Below the pieces are notes generated by a model. That model saw only the letters and a list, made by a program, of their open reading frames with translations. It had not been told where the DNA came from and made no database searches. A stretch of 64,000 bases of DNA, taken from IMG/VR virus record IMGVR_UViG_3300025010_000041; one strand, given 5' to 3'. Positions 41,677-51,355 of the stretch are shown here, one piece after another. The DNA is from an uncultured virus (IMG/VR IMGVR_UViG_3300025010_000041) (Duplodnaviria; Heunggongvirae; Uroviricota; Caudoviricetes). The number at the start of each line of letters is the position of its first letter. The stretch's first letter is position 1. The position numbers were made by a program, and so were the translations under genes.

Positions 41677-41880
41677 ATGAAAAAACCCACCCTCCCCGAC
41701 GGTCAAGAGATTGAGCGCCACTGCCCGAAATGCGGGCCGGCTGCGAAACTCGTGATCCGCACCAATCGCACCAATGGCTCGCAGTTCTGCGGCTGTCCCA
41801 ATTGGCCCGACTGCACCTATACCGAAGAAGTTCCACCCGCTCTGTTGGCTGAGGCCGGCGGGCAACCGAAGTTGTTCTAG
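41677..41880 (+). CDS. Topoisomerase-type C4 zinc-finger protein
   Basis: CPKCG..LVIR...G.F.GC.NWP.C.YT. Confidence 0.85.
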   Translation: MKKPTLPDGQEIERHCPKCGPAAKLVIRTNRTNGSQFCGCPNWPDCTYTEEVPPALLAEAGGQPKLF

Positions 41881-41919
41881 CGAATAAGTGTAAAATTATT
41901 TTGACAAGGAGTTGAGACG

Positions 41920-42432
41920 ATGTCCGAATACGAAAAATGCCCAGATGAGGTAATCTCCCTGGCGCAGGAAGTGATCGAGTTGTACCACCCCGAACTAACC
42001 CACGGCGCTTGCGCTATCGGGTTTATCATGCGCTCAGGCCCACCGGCGAAATCGGGCGGGCGCGAGGTTTGGGGCAAGTGCAAGAAAGTCGGGGATGAAC
42101 TGCAACCCTATATCCCAGACGAACTGGACTTTGTGATTATTCTCAGCGAGGACGCATGGGCCGAGTTGGGCGAGGATCAGAAACGGGCGCTGCTCGACCA
42201 CGAGCTTTGTCATATCCAGTTGGATGACAAGGGCAATTGGAGGCTGCGAGGCCATGACTTCGAGGAATTTGTCGAGGTCGTTCACCGCTGGGGTGCCTGG
42301 CGGATCGACTTGATGGAGGCCAAGTCGGCCTTCGATACCGCCGAACAGGGTATCTTGCCGGGGCTGTTGGAAGAAAAGCACAAGAAGCAGGGACGGCTGG
42401 TGGCGATGGAGGCTTACAGCGAGAGAGAGTAA
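41920..42432 (+). CDS. Putative phage metallopeptidase
   Basis: ALLDHELCH, HDFEEF..VV.R.G. Confidence 0.8.
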   Translation: MSEYEKCPDEVISLAQEVIELYHPELTHGACAIGFIMRSGPPAKSGGREVWGKCKKVGDELQPYIPDELDFVIILSEDAWAELGEDQKRALLDHELCHIQLDDKGNWRLRGHDFEEFVEVVHRWGAWRIDLMEAKSAFDTAEQGILPGLLEEKHKKQGRLVAMEAYSERE

Positions 42433-42465
42433 AAAGAGACCGGGCGAGAAATTGCCCGGTCTTTT
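42432..42465. terminator. Probably bidirectional intrinsic terminator
   Basis: AAAAGAGACCGGGC/GCCCGGTCTTTT. Confidence 0.8.
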
Positions 42466-42479
42466 GCTAATATTGCCTC

Positions 42480-42508
42480 TTGACAACCTATCTTGAATAT
42501 AGTAAACT
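42480..42508 (+). promoter_or_regulatory. CTTGA-box promoter
   Basis: TTGACA-17-TAAACT; nearly identical to 45291-45319. Confidence 0.92.
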
Positions 42509-42550
42509 GTATTTATCAATCAAAACCAGATAGGAAAAGAGGAAAAAACC

Positions 42551-42811
42551 ATGAACATCAAAATTAATTTTGGGAAAAAAGAAGCAACGAGAGTGTTTGT
42601 TGGCGAAAAAGACACTGTCATCACCATGCCAGACGGCAAGGTGCGGGTCTATATCCAGGCCCCTAACCGGGTACTGGACGTTACCGACGAATCGGCCTGC
42701 AACGAACACGGAAACGAGGTTTGGGACGGCGCTACCGTCGCTGAGGCAGTCGCGCGGGGTTTGTCGTGGTGGGTGACTACCGAAGGGCGATTGGTATTTC
42801 AGGCCCGCTAA
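42551..42811 (+). CDS. Hypothetical protein (monocistronic; hairpin 42830-42857 follows)
   Basis: AAGAGGA RBS. Confidence 0.75.
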   Translation: MNIKINFGKKEATRVFVGEKDTVITMPDGKVRVYIQAPNRVLDVTDESACNEHGNEVWDGATVAEAVARGLSWWVTTEGRLVFQAR

Positions 42812-42894
42812 AATAAACCAACAAACACCAGAGCCGTCCTAGAAATAGGGCGGCTTTGTCGTTTTAGCGTAGAAAGATTAGAGTTTCTCGAATG

Positions 42895-42974
42895 GTGTAC
42901 ACTTTGCCTTGACATTGTGTACACTTTTTGGTATTCTACGCACAGTTGATACTATACGCAAAGGACTATACGCA
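42895..42974 (+). promoter_or_regulatory. Promoter with two classes of operator-like repeats
   Basis: TTGACA(42909)-17-TATTCT; GTGTACACTTT at 42895 and 42917; ACTATACGCA at 42951 and 42965. Confidence 0.8.
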
Positions 42975-42975
42975 C

Positions 42976-43215
42976 ATGAAGCGACTGAACGTTTCCGAGA
43001 TACAGAAGATCAGCCTGCGGCAGATCGCCGCTCGACACGGCTTTTACATTGGCCGCGGCACAATGAGTAAAAGCGGCTCAATTGACCAGTTGATCCAGGC
43101 GATTGCCACCGGTCACGCGGTGGTAGTGCCGATCCAGGGCGACGTTCACGGCGTGCTGGAATTTGAGTTAGAGGCGGCGGAAAAACTGCGCAACGGAGGC
43201 GAGAATGAAAACTAA
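42976..43215 (+). CDS. Small putative DNA-binding regulator
   Basis: AAGGA RBS; basic helical 79-aa protein directly after the operator repeats. Confidence 0.55.
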   Translation: MKRLNVSEIQKISLRQIAARHGFYIGRGTMSKSGSIDQLIQAIATGHAVVVPIQGDVHGVLEFELEAAEKLRNGGENEN

Positions 43216-45208
43216 ACTGTTGATCCTGCTGGCCCTGGCCCTGCTGTTGGCTGGCTGTGGGCCGATGACACAGGCCGACCCCGTTTCGGCGCAGTTGACC
43301 GGAGAGGCGGACAACCTGCTTCTCTATCAGGCGCAGTTGCGCGCCACCGGCACCGCTTCTGTCGTTCAAGCGCAGGCGCGTGAAACTCAAATGGCTCTCG
43401 ACGCTCAGGCCACCGCTATCGAACGTGAACGGGTGCAGTGGACGGTTGAGGCGCAGCAAGCATCCGCTCGCCAGACCCAGACCGCGGCTGAGTTGGCCGC
43501 GTCTATTCGCCAAACTCAGGTTGCGAACGAAGTCATGATCGCCCAGGCTCAGGCCCAGGCAACCCTGCAAGTCGGGGCGGATCGCGCCACTTCCACGGCT
43601 CGCGCCGGAGAAGCGCAGGCGACGGCCACCGCTCAGGCCGGCAATGCCCAGGCCACCGGAACGGAACAGGCGGCGGGTATGTGGCTGGAAAAGACGGCTC
43701 AGTCTGCCGATAGTGCAATCCGGGCGCAAGCGACCCTGGACGCGGCGGCGGCGTCTCTGGCCGACCAGGGAGTCCGGCGCGGCGAGATGCAAAACCAGGG
43801 GCTGGCGTTCCTGCAACTGGCCGGCGCTCCGGCTCTGATTATGCTGGCCGTGGCGCTGTTTATTTTTGTGATTGTGTTCGCCGCCAACCACCGCACGATC
43901 CGGCGCGATGAGCGTGGCGTGCTGCCTGGCGTGTTCCACAACGGCAAGTGGATCGACGGCGACCTGGCAACCGGCGCAGTTACCGATCCAAGCGGGCCTC
44001 AAATCCTGCTGCCGACGATGCTGCAAGCGGCGCTGTTGGAGCGCAAGCAGCGGCTGTTGGCTCTGCGGATCGCTACCGACCCCACGGTGCGCGGCGGGCC
44101 GGCGGATATGTTAGAGTCGCTGATGGCCCCGACTGCCCAGGTACAGGCCCCGGCATACATACCGGATCGCACCCCCGAAATGGCTGACTTTTCAGCAGTC
44201 ATGGACGCTCGCAATCGCGGCGTGATGCTGTTGGGAGTTGGAGAAAACGGGCTGGTACGGGCACGGCGCGACACGCCTCACCTGATTATGGCGGGTCAAA
44301 CCGGATCGGGCAAGTCCACCGCTATGCGGGCCGTGATCTTGCAGTACATTCTCGCCGGCGCACGCGTCACGATCCTGGACAAGTCGGGTAAAGACTTCGG
44401 CGTCTTTGATGGCTATGCCAATGTGCTGACTTTCGACGCTCGCAAGCCCGATATTGCCGTTCCCAGCTTGGTCGCTCACATGAAAGCAGCCTGGAACGAG
44501 ATCATTCGCCGGCAGGTGGACATGCGCTCCAGCAAAAGCCGCAACTGGACGGGACAGGCAGACGTTTTGGTGGTAGACGAACTTGATAACTGGGGCGGTA
44601 TCACTAACGACTCCGAGACTACCACCACCCGGCTCTGGCAGTACCCCAAGATGATCGCCCGCGAGGGTCGTTCGGCTGGCGTCTGGGTTGTCACCGCTTC
44701 TCAGAACCCCGTAGCTGAAAACGTCTCACTTGACCTGCGGCGCAATAGCACCCCGGTTGCGTTCCGGTTGGGGGATCGCTACGCATCGAACACCGTGATC
44801 GGCACAAGCGACGCGGTTGGGCTGGAGACCGGTCACTTCCTGGCACTGGTTGGAAGCGGAGAGACCGGGCTGGTACACGGAGTGGGCTTCAACCCGGAAG
44901 ATGACGAAATCTTGCAGGCCCTCGAACGCGGCGGAGCGAAGAAGCTGATCGGCAAGCCGGAATGGATGGCAGGGATTGACGAAGTTGAGGACGCCGAGTT
45001 TGAGACCATCACCGGCCCAGTCTACAGCGAAAAGACAATCAAGATCGCTCTCCAGATCGAACCGCTGTACCGGGCGCAGATCGAAGAATCGGGCAAACCG
45101 AACAAGTCGGCGCTGGCGCGTGAGTTAGGAAAGACCTATGCCGGCTCGACGGTTGGCGACATCGCTCAGGCGATCAACTACCTGGAAAACTCTACTACTA
45201 CTTCGTAG
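43205..45208 (+). CDS. FtsK/SpoIIIE (TraB-like) DNA translocase with lipoprotein signal, Ala/Gln/Thr-rich stalk, TM helix and C-terminal HTH-like segment
   Basis: Lipobox LAGC; PHLIMAGQTGSGKS; LVVDE; AREGRSAG; ASQNP; NKSALARELG. Confidence 0.85.
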   Translation: MKTKLLILLALALLLAGCGPMTQADPVSAQLTGEADNLLLYQAQLRATGTASVVQAQARETQMALDAQATAIERERVQWTVEAQQASARQTQTAAELAASIRQTQVANEVMIAQAQAQATLQVGADRATSTARAGEAQATATAQAGNAQATGTEQAAGMWLEKTAQSADSAIRAQATLDAAAASLADQGVRRGEMQNQGLAFLQLAGAPALIMLAVALFIFVIVFAANHRTIRRDERGVLPGVFHNGKWIDGDLATGAVTDPSGPQILLPTMLQAALLERKQRLLALRIATDPTVRGGPADMLESLMAPTAQVQAPAYIPDRTPEMADFSAVMDARNRGVMLLGVGENGLVRARRDTPHLIMAGQTGSGKSTAMRAVILQYILAGARVTILDKSGKDFGVFDGYANVLTFDARKPDIAVPSLVAHMKAAWNEIIRRQVDMRSSKSRNWTGQADVLVVDELDNWGGITNDSETTTTRLWQYPKMIAREGRSAGVWVVTASQNPVAENVSLDLRRNSTPVAFRLGDRYASNTVIGTSDAVGLETGHFLALVGSGETGLVHGVGFNPEDDEILQALERGGAKKLIGKPEWMAGIDEVEDAEFETITGPVYSEKTIKIALQIEPLYRAQIEESGKPNKSALARELGKTYAGSTVGDIAQAINYLENSTTTS

Positions 45209-45234
45209 GGCGGTGTGTAGAGGCCAAAACAGAC

Positions 45235-45285
45235 ACAGGGCGGGAAGTAGTAGTAGGATTTACGAAACTTCTCGCCCTGTTTTTT
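45235..45285 (+). terminator. Intrinsic terminator overlapping a competing inverted repeat
   Basis: ACAGGGCGGGAAGT/ACTTCTCGCCCTGT then T5. Confidence 0.7.
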
Positions 45286-45290
45286 GCCTC

Positions 45291-45319
45291 TTGACAACCT
45301 ATCTTGATTATAGTAAACT
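45291..45319 (+). promoter_or_regulatory. CTTGA-box promoter
   Basis: TTGACA-17-TAAACT, CTTGA 45303. Confidence 0.92.
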
Positions 45320-45359
45320 GTATTTATCAATCAAAACCAGACGGAAAGAGGACAATCCC

Positions 45360-46232
45360 ATGAGCGAAAAACTGTTGAAGCTGTACAACGAGGCCCGCAA
45401 ACGCGGGCGCAAGCCTGCCGGAATGCAGGCATATATTGTCACTACTCGCGAAAGCGAGAACCCGCTGATGTCGAATAACGGCGGCGATTACGACTTCGGC
45501 TACACCCTGCTGGTTGAAACCGCGACTGGCAAGGTGATCGGCGGGCGGCACTGGACTTCTGCTGAGTTTGATTACTGCCCCGGTTGCGGTAGTTTTCGCC
45601 GCGACTGTGACTGCGAAACGTTTTACTCCCATTGGGATAAGTATGACGGCAGCGGCAAAGAGCGCGAGTGGCAGACTGCCACCAACGATTTCGGCACGAT
45701 TGGCTGGGGAACATTTCTGCCCCTGGATTACTTTTCACTGGAGTAAAAACCATGTTTGAAAACGGCTACAAAATGATCGGGCCTGCCTATCGGTACACGG
45801 GTAGAATGACCACTATCGCCGGGAAGCTGCAAGAGCGGGAAGATAATACTTCCACTCGCGGGGGTCTCAATCCGTGCAAGCGATACGCTGACGGGCGGCA
45901 GAAACGGCGCTTGCAGAAAGCGAAGAACGGGGGCCGCAAGTGAAAATTCCAAACGCAAACCCGTTGGCGGCGTTCAAGATCGGGGCATACATCACGGTCG
46001 GGATACTCTCTCTCAAGATTGCGTTTACCGTAACCCCGTTTTTGCCGTGGTCTATGTTTCTGTTTATTCTTGCGGCGTTTTGGTTCAGCGCAGCCGTCAA
46101 TGGCTTTATGCGCTGGTTGGCGGGGCAAGAATGACCTGGATATATCTGTTTTGCGTCATCAGCGTGATTGGCTCGCTGCTGGCCGTGGCGTTTTTCTACG
46201 CCGCCTCAAGCCGGCGCAGGGGGCAGCCATGA
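45360..46232 (+). other. Four small genes (45360-45746, 45752-45943, 45940-46134 2-TM, 46131-46232 1-TM)
   Basis: RBS and overlaps. Confidence 0.7.
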
Positions 46233-47074
46233 CCTGGACTAATCTTCTTGACACAACGGAAGCGGGGGTGATCGCCCTGGCCCGCAAGTTGGGGCCGTGG
46301 CTGATTACCGGCCCGACTGCCTACGCCATTTATGACGGCGTGATGACCCGCTGGCAATGGCCCCGGTCTGTGGCAGTGCTGACCGGAGCGGGGCTGGAAA
46401 TTCTCGGCGTGGTGACAACCTACACCATGCTGGAACTGTTCAGCTACAATCAGGCAATCACTCGCGCCGACGATCCGAAGCGCCCGACCTGGTTAGCGGG
46501 GGCAGCGACGGTCATTTACCTGGCCGCGACGTTGACGCTGACGTGGGGCATTGAGGGCGATTGGATGCTGGCCCTATTCCCCCTACTGAACGTCTCCGGC
46601 TCCCTGATCCTGGCCCTATCCTCCCTACACCGCTCCCTACAGGCGCGTTTAGCAGGGACGGTAGAGGCCGAAAAAGAGGCTGCGAAGGTGGCGCAAGAGA
46701 TCGCAGAAGCCGCGGCAGTTGCGAATCGCCTGGCGCAAGAAGCCGCGACTTTGGCGCAGATTGAAGCGCAGAAGCAGTTGAAACTGGCGAGGATTGCCGC
46801 AAAAGCTGCGAAGAAAAGCGCAGAAGTTGCGGTAGAAGTTGCGCCCGCCGAGACCGCAAACGAAGCGCAAGCCGGTTGGTTGGGTTGGAATAGCCGGCCC
46901 ACGAAAGACGCCTTTTTGCAGATGATGCTGGCTCGCAACGGGACGGCTCCAACGAAAGCGGAGACGATGCGCGGACTGGCGACCCTGGACGTGCCGGAAG
47001 CGACCCGGCGCTATTGGTGGAACGAGTACGAGGTTCGGAAATCGGCAGCGGTGCCGGAGGTTGAGGGAATATGA
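46229..47074 (+). CDS. 4-TM plus coiled-coil membrane protein (Spd-like architecture)
   Basis: Four hydrophobic helices, Ala/Glu/Lys coiled coil, helical C-terminal domain. Confidence 0.6.
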   Translation: MTWTNLLDTTEAGVIALARKLGPWLITGPTAYAIYDGVMTRWQWPRSVAVLTGAGLEILGVVTTYTMLELFSYNQAITRADDPKRPTWLAGAATVIYLAATLTLTWGIEGDWMLALFPLLNVSGSLILALSSLHRSLQARLAGTVEAEKEAAKVAQEIAEAAAVANRLAQEAATLAQIEAQKQLKLARIAAKAAKKSAEVAVEVAPAETANEAQAGWLGWNSRPTKDAFLQMMLARNGTAPTKAETMRGLATLDVPEATRRYWWNEYEVRKSAAVPEVEGI

Positions 47075-47607
47075 AAAAAAAGAAACTAAAAAAGTGGGCG
47101 TCCATCTGGAAGGCGGCGGCGAAGTTCTGGCGAGAGACGGCAGAAACAGACTATGCGCTTGCCAGACATAGCGAAGAACCGGACATACACTTTGTGTCTT
47201 ACGAGTACAAAATTCAGAGAAAAAGCGGCGGTTGGGATGTTATAGACGCCGATGATGATCGCACGATGGTGTACTGTAATTTCGGAGACCACTACCCGGA
47301 TAAATTCTGGATTGACTTGGGTAAAAGCGCGCCCTGTCCGACTTGCGGCAGAGTGATTGCCTGTGACGGGAACCGGACACTGACAGAAGTTGTATTGCCC
47401 GGCGGCTTCTCGCAGAGATGGATCGTCAACCAGCGGGTCACTGAGATCGGTTGCCACTGCCTGAGTACGTTTTATCCCACCCACAAGAAAACGATCAACC
47501 AAGAACAATCTTTCACCTGCCCGGTTTGCCAGTCTATTTACGACCTGATTGACGGGCGGGTTTATCGAAACGGTCTATTGGCGAACGGAATAGGAGTTGA
47601 GAAGTGA
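47071..47607 (+). CDS. Zn-ribbon repeat protein, paralog of 11537-12511
   Basis: WKAAAKFWR versus WKLAAKKYR; CPTCGR, CPVCQSIY. Confidence 0.7.
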   Translation: MKKKKLKKWASIWKAAAKFWRETAETDYALARHSEEPDIHFVSYEYKIQRKSGGWDVIDADDDRTMVYCNFGDHYPDKFWIDLGKSAPCPTCGRVIACDGNRTLTEVVLPGGFSQRWIVNQRVTEIGCHCLSTFYPTHKKTINQEQSFTCPVCQSIYDLIDGRVYRNGLLANGIGVEK

Positions 47608-48262
47608 AACCTGAGATTGAAAAACTGATTGAAGAAGCCCGGCAGGAATTTCAGCGGGAGCAGGAAGAAATCAAGCAAGCGGTGGTGGTATGCGCCCGCG
47701 TCTTGGTGCCAAACGAATTGCACCCCTATATTGTGGTGACTGCCTGTGACACTCCGCAAAAAGAGTTTGTCGTTACCGGCGCTGAGGGATTGGGCGATAT
47801 CGTTTGCCGCTTTGACGATGTTGCGGATTTATTTACGAACGTCCGCTGGTACGCCAAGCAATACGAGTTCGAGGTCGGGCGCGGCGACTTTTACTCTCAG
47901 GTTACTTATGGCGATAGTCCTGGAATCAAAGAGACGCTGGTCGAGTGCGATTCGTTCAAGCGCGCCCTGATTACTGCGGCTGGCCCTGATTTTGTCGGCT
48001 CATGGGATCGGGCGCTGGCAGAGAAACAGGCGCACGAGAAGATAGGCAAAGAAAAGCAACAGATCAACGATAAATTCTTGGCGGACTTTTACGCTCACCG
48101 ATCCGAGAAACCGGCGTCTCTGTGGGAAAAACTCTTGAACCTGTTCGGCGGTGGCGAGTGAAAAAGTTACTTTTCTTCCTGGCGCTGTCGTTACTTTTGG
48201 TGGTCGGTTGGCTGCTCAACCGGCAGGGGCCGGAGTACGAGATTAACATTACGGCGTGGTAA
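47604..48262 (+). other. Hypothetical gene 47604-48161 and 34-aa membrane peptide 48158-48262
   Basis: GTGA overlaps. Confidence 0.65.
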
Positions 48263-48308
48263 AATAACCCCGGACAGGTTGCGCCATCCCTCCTGTCTAT
48301 TCTCCTAA

Positions 48309-48342
48309 GCCCCCGGTCATATTTCCAGACCGGGGGCGATTT
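48309..48342 (+). terminator. GC-rich hairpin, possible terminator of candidate sRNA D
   Basis: GCCCCCGGTC/GACCGGGGGC then weak T-rich tail. Confidence 0.6.
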
Positions 48343-48370
48343 ATTGTCTTGCGAGGCAAAAATGGGCGTT

Positions 48371-48460
48371 TTTTCTTCGCATAGATTAATGTTTTTATGC
48401 ACTTTACTTAATACAGATTCTTATTAAGTAAAGTGCATTAAAAGGTTGATTAGCGTATAC
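48371..48460. repeat. AT-rich palindromic element, copy 3
   Basis: ATGCACTTTACTTAATA-CAGATTCT-TATTAAGTAAAGTGCAT (perfect 17-bp arms). Confidence 0.95.
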
Positions 48461-48475
48461 AGATAAAGAGGGCTA

Positions 48476-48502
48476 TTGACACTCGCTTGATTGTGGTATA
48501 AT
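48476..48502 (+). promoter_or_regulatory. CTTGA-box promoter
   Basis: TTGACA-15-TATAAT; CTTGATT-7-AATCAAG palindrome over the -10. Confidence 0.85.
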
Positions 48503-48523
48503 CAAGCGCAAGAGGACAAAACC

Positions 48524-50971
48524 ATGACAACCCCCCGCATTTACCACGTCAAAGGCACCCGCCCCGACCGCACCCCAGCGGGTGAACCTATCCCCGCCGA
48601 TTGGTTGATCTTCAACGCACCCCGCCCGCTGTATGGCGAGTTGACCTGGGAGGGGCCGTTTCTTCACGGCACGTTTTACGCCGCGTCTGCGCCGCGCACG
48701 CTTGAGTTTCACTACGAGAATATTGACCTGGACGGCTGGCTCTTGCGGTGGCATACCGAAGCCGAGATTATCGCCTGGGTGACTGAGGAATACACCCGCA
48801 AGATCGGCGACTTCAACGCCGAAGATTACGACCAGGCTGACCTGGATATGGCGTTCTTCCTGCGCCACAACGGAGGCAAATAACATGGGCAAGAAATTTT
48901 TGACGCCGGACGGCAAGAAAGCGATTATCGACCTGAGCGAAGCAGGGATAGCGGTTTCTCTTGGCCCAAACTGGCACGATTGGCAAATTGAGATACTAAG
49001 CAAAGTCTCGCCAAACGTTAGCGACGTTGATCTGGCTCGCCATAAAAGCAGGACAAACACTGCCACCGAAGATTCGCTGCGAGAGATCGCCGCTCTACTT
49101 GGTCTGCGCCACAACGGAGGCCGCTAATGGCTCCGCTACTCTCGCCGCAAGAGCGGATCAGGCGCGCTGAGGCAGCACAAGCCGAGGCAATGGCAATGGG
49201 GCCGCGTCCGGCTGGCCGAACCGGTGTCTACTGGCTGGCGACCTGGCGACGTCACGTTCTCGCCGTCCGCACCGAGGCGCGGTTGATCCGAGTGAACGCC
49301 CGGCGTGCACCGGAATACAAGCCGTTCGTTGAGCGGGCGGCAGAGTTGGAAAAGTGGGTAGAGGCGGTGGCGAAGTGAGCGACAACAGGCAATTTCTAAA
49401 ATTATGGCGAGAGTCTTCGCGCGAATTGTGGCGCGCCGTCATTCCGGTAGAAGAACCCCCGCAATTACCTGCTGATTTTTCTGACTGGATTCTCGATGGC
49501 GCTTTGCCACCCGAAGTTCAGATATTTCAAACCCCCGCCGGCCCATTACTGGCTGTCTGCGAACATTGCAAGCGACCCTGGATGCGCAACTTCTCCGAGT
49601 GTCCAGGCTGCGGCGGGGTCACAATGGAGAAGCAACCGCTATGAAAAAGATCAAAAAGATGTTTACTTTTTTATTCACCATAGGCGCCGGCGTGAAGTAC
49701 TGGTTTTCGTTAGACCCTATCGCTTTCACAATCATCGTGGCCTATTATGCGCTTGGTATATTTGGCATATTGTTAGGAATATACGCTTTGCTATTTATGT
49801 GCTAGGAGTGACCCCATGAACAAAAAGAACACAAAAATTATCACGAAATCGACAGCGGCTGACAGAAAAGCCGCGGTAGAGCGAGATAACGCCGAATTGG
49901 AAGCTTCTGTTTCTCAGATTTGGATTAGAGCGGTAAGTCCGAGCGAGAGCGCAGAACTGTCAATTTTGTCTTACGACGACGAAAGAACCCCAGCAGAGAA
50001 GGCGAAAAAGACCTATAGGTATAAACGAGCACTCAAAAAATACTTCTATTGGCTCGAGTGCGTGGTGGTAGACAATGGATGGGCGTCGGACTTTTACGAC
50101 CTTGCTGAGAACGTCTTTCTGTTTCTCTATGCTTTTTCTTTGCTTGGATTGATGATTTACGAATGGATCAAATTTTTGGGGAACACCCCATGAGCGAACA
50201 AACCCTGAAACAAAAAGTATCCCGCTTTCTCGAATTGACCGCCTCCGACGCGCCGAAAGATTGCCGTCCGTGGGGTATTTGCCATTGTGCTTACTGCCAC
50301 ACGCCGCGGGTTGACGTTACCGAAAACTGCCCCGGCTGTGGCGCTTATGAGATTCTACAGGAGAAAATAGCATGAAATATCAACTGATCAACGGAGTCGT
50401 GCGCCCGATCGAAGAACCCACGACCTACAGTTGCCCAAAGTGCAAGCAAGGCGTCGTTGCGAACGGTGACAAATGCGCCCGCTGCGGCGAGTTGCTTCCG
50501 GTTTGCGCAACCTGCGGGAAACCGTTTGTGTATCCGGATTGGGAATGGCCGCGCGGACACAGGCAATTACACGCCTCAACTTGTAACGGGCGGAAAGACT
50601 GTACCTGCCCGATGTTTCACAATGATTGCAAGCCGAATGTTATCGGCTGGGAATACACATAGTCCATAGGAGAAAATCGCATGATAGAAATCGAGTTCCA
50701 AAACATGACCGTAGGCGTAGTTCGCAAGCAGCGTGTCACGGTAGTGATCCTCACAGACCGCGACACCGTGACCGTGGGCGAGGCCAGGCGCAACCCGAAA
50801 GACGCCGATAATCCCAACATGGGCCTGCGCATAGCGTTCAAGCGGGCGCTGGTACAGAACCGGCGCTTTTCAAGTTCGCAGTGGTGGCATGACTGTCTCA
50901 ACCACCGCGGCGAAACCGTCTGGCGTGCGTTCCGCCGCCAGTTCCCGATTGCAACCGACACCCGGTCATGA
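48524..50971 (+). other. Nine small hypothetical genes (48524-48883, 48885-49127, 49127-49378, 49375-49644, 49641-49805, 49816-50193, 50190-50375, 50372-50662, 50681-50971)
   Basis: RBS and overlaps; several CxxC pairs. Confidence 0.7.
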
Positions 50972-51261
50972 TCCGGCGCGGCTTTCGTTCGCTCAGCAAG
51001 GCGCTCTGGAAGATACGCCGGAAAGCGGCCTACAAGTCTTTCATGCGCTCCCCGGAATGGGACGCCATCCGGCGAGCCGCGCTTGAACGGGCGCACTACA
51101 AGTGTCGCCGCTGTGGATTGGGCGACAGGGTCTTGCAGGTTCACCACAAAAACTACGCCCGCTTCGGCGGAAACGAGTTGAGCATAGACCTGGAAGTGCT
51201 GTGCGTTCCCTGTCACAAGATCGCTGATTGGGAGCGAAAACGGGCGAAAAAGAGACGATAA
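50968..51261 (+). CDS. HNH endonuclease
   Basis: CRRCG..LQVHH..Y....E...DL.VLC..CH. Confidence 0.85.
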   Translation: MIRRGFRSLSKALWKIRRKAAYKSFMRSPEWDAIRRAALERAHYKCRRCGLGDRVLQVHHKNYARFGGNELSIDLEVLCVPCHKIADWERKRAKKRR

Positions 51262-51295
51262 ATCACAAAGTACCTGTTTGCGTAGTAAGGCCCCT

Positions 51296-51332
51296 TGTAG
51301 GGCTTCCTGTGGGCAAATAGAGGCATTCTACA
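51296..51332 (+). repeat. GGGCTTCCTGTGG element, copy 2
   Basis: GGGCTTCCTGTGGGCA...GAGGCAT as at 23500-23526. Confidence 0.75.
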
Positions 51333-51355
51333 GACAAGTTTAGAACGGAGGAAAC

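Noticed and set aside
43010..44026. Long minus-strand ORFs (338 aa here; also 13304-13933, 55041-55694, 60456-61085)
   Set aside because: Shadows of GC-rich plus-strand genes, with no RBS, promoter or recognisable motifs.
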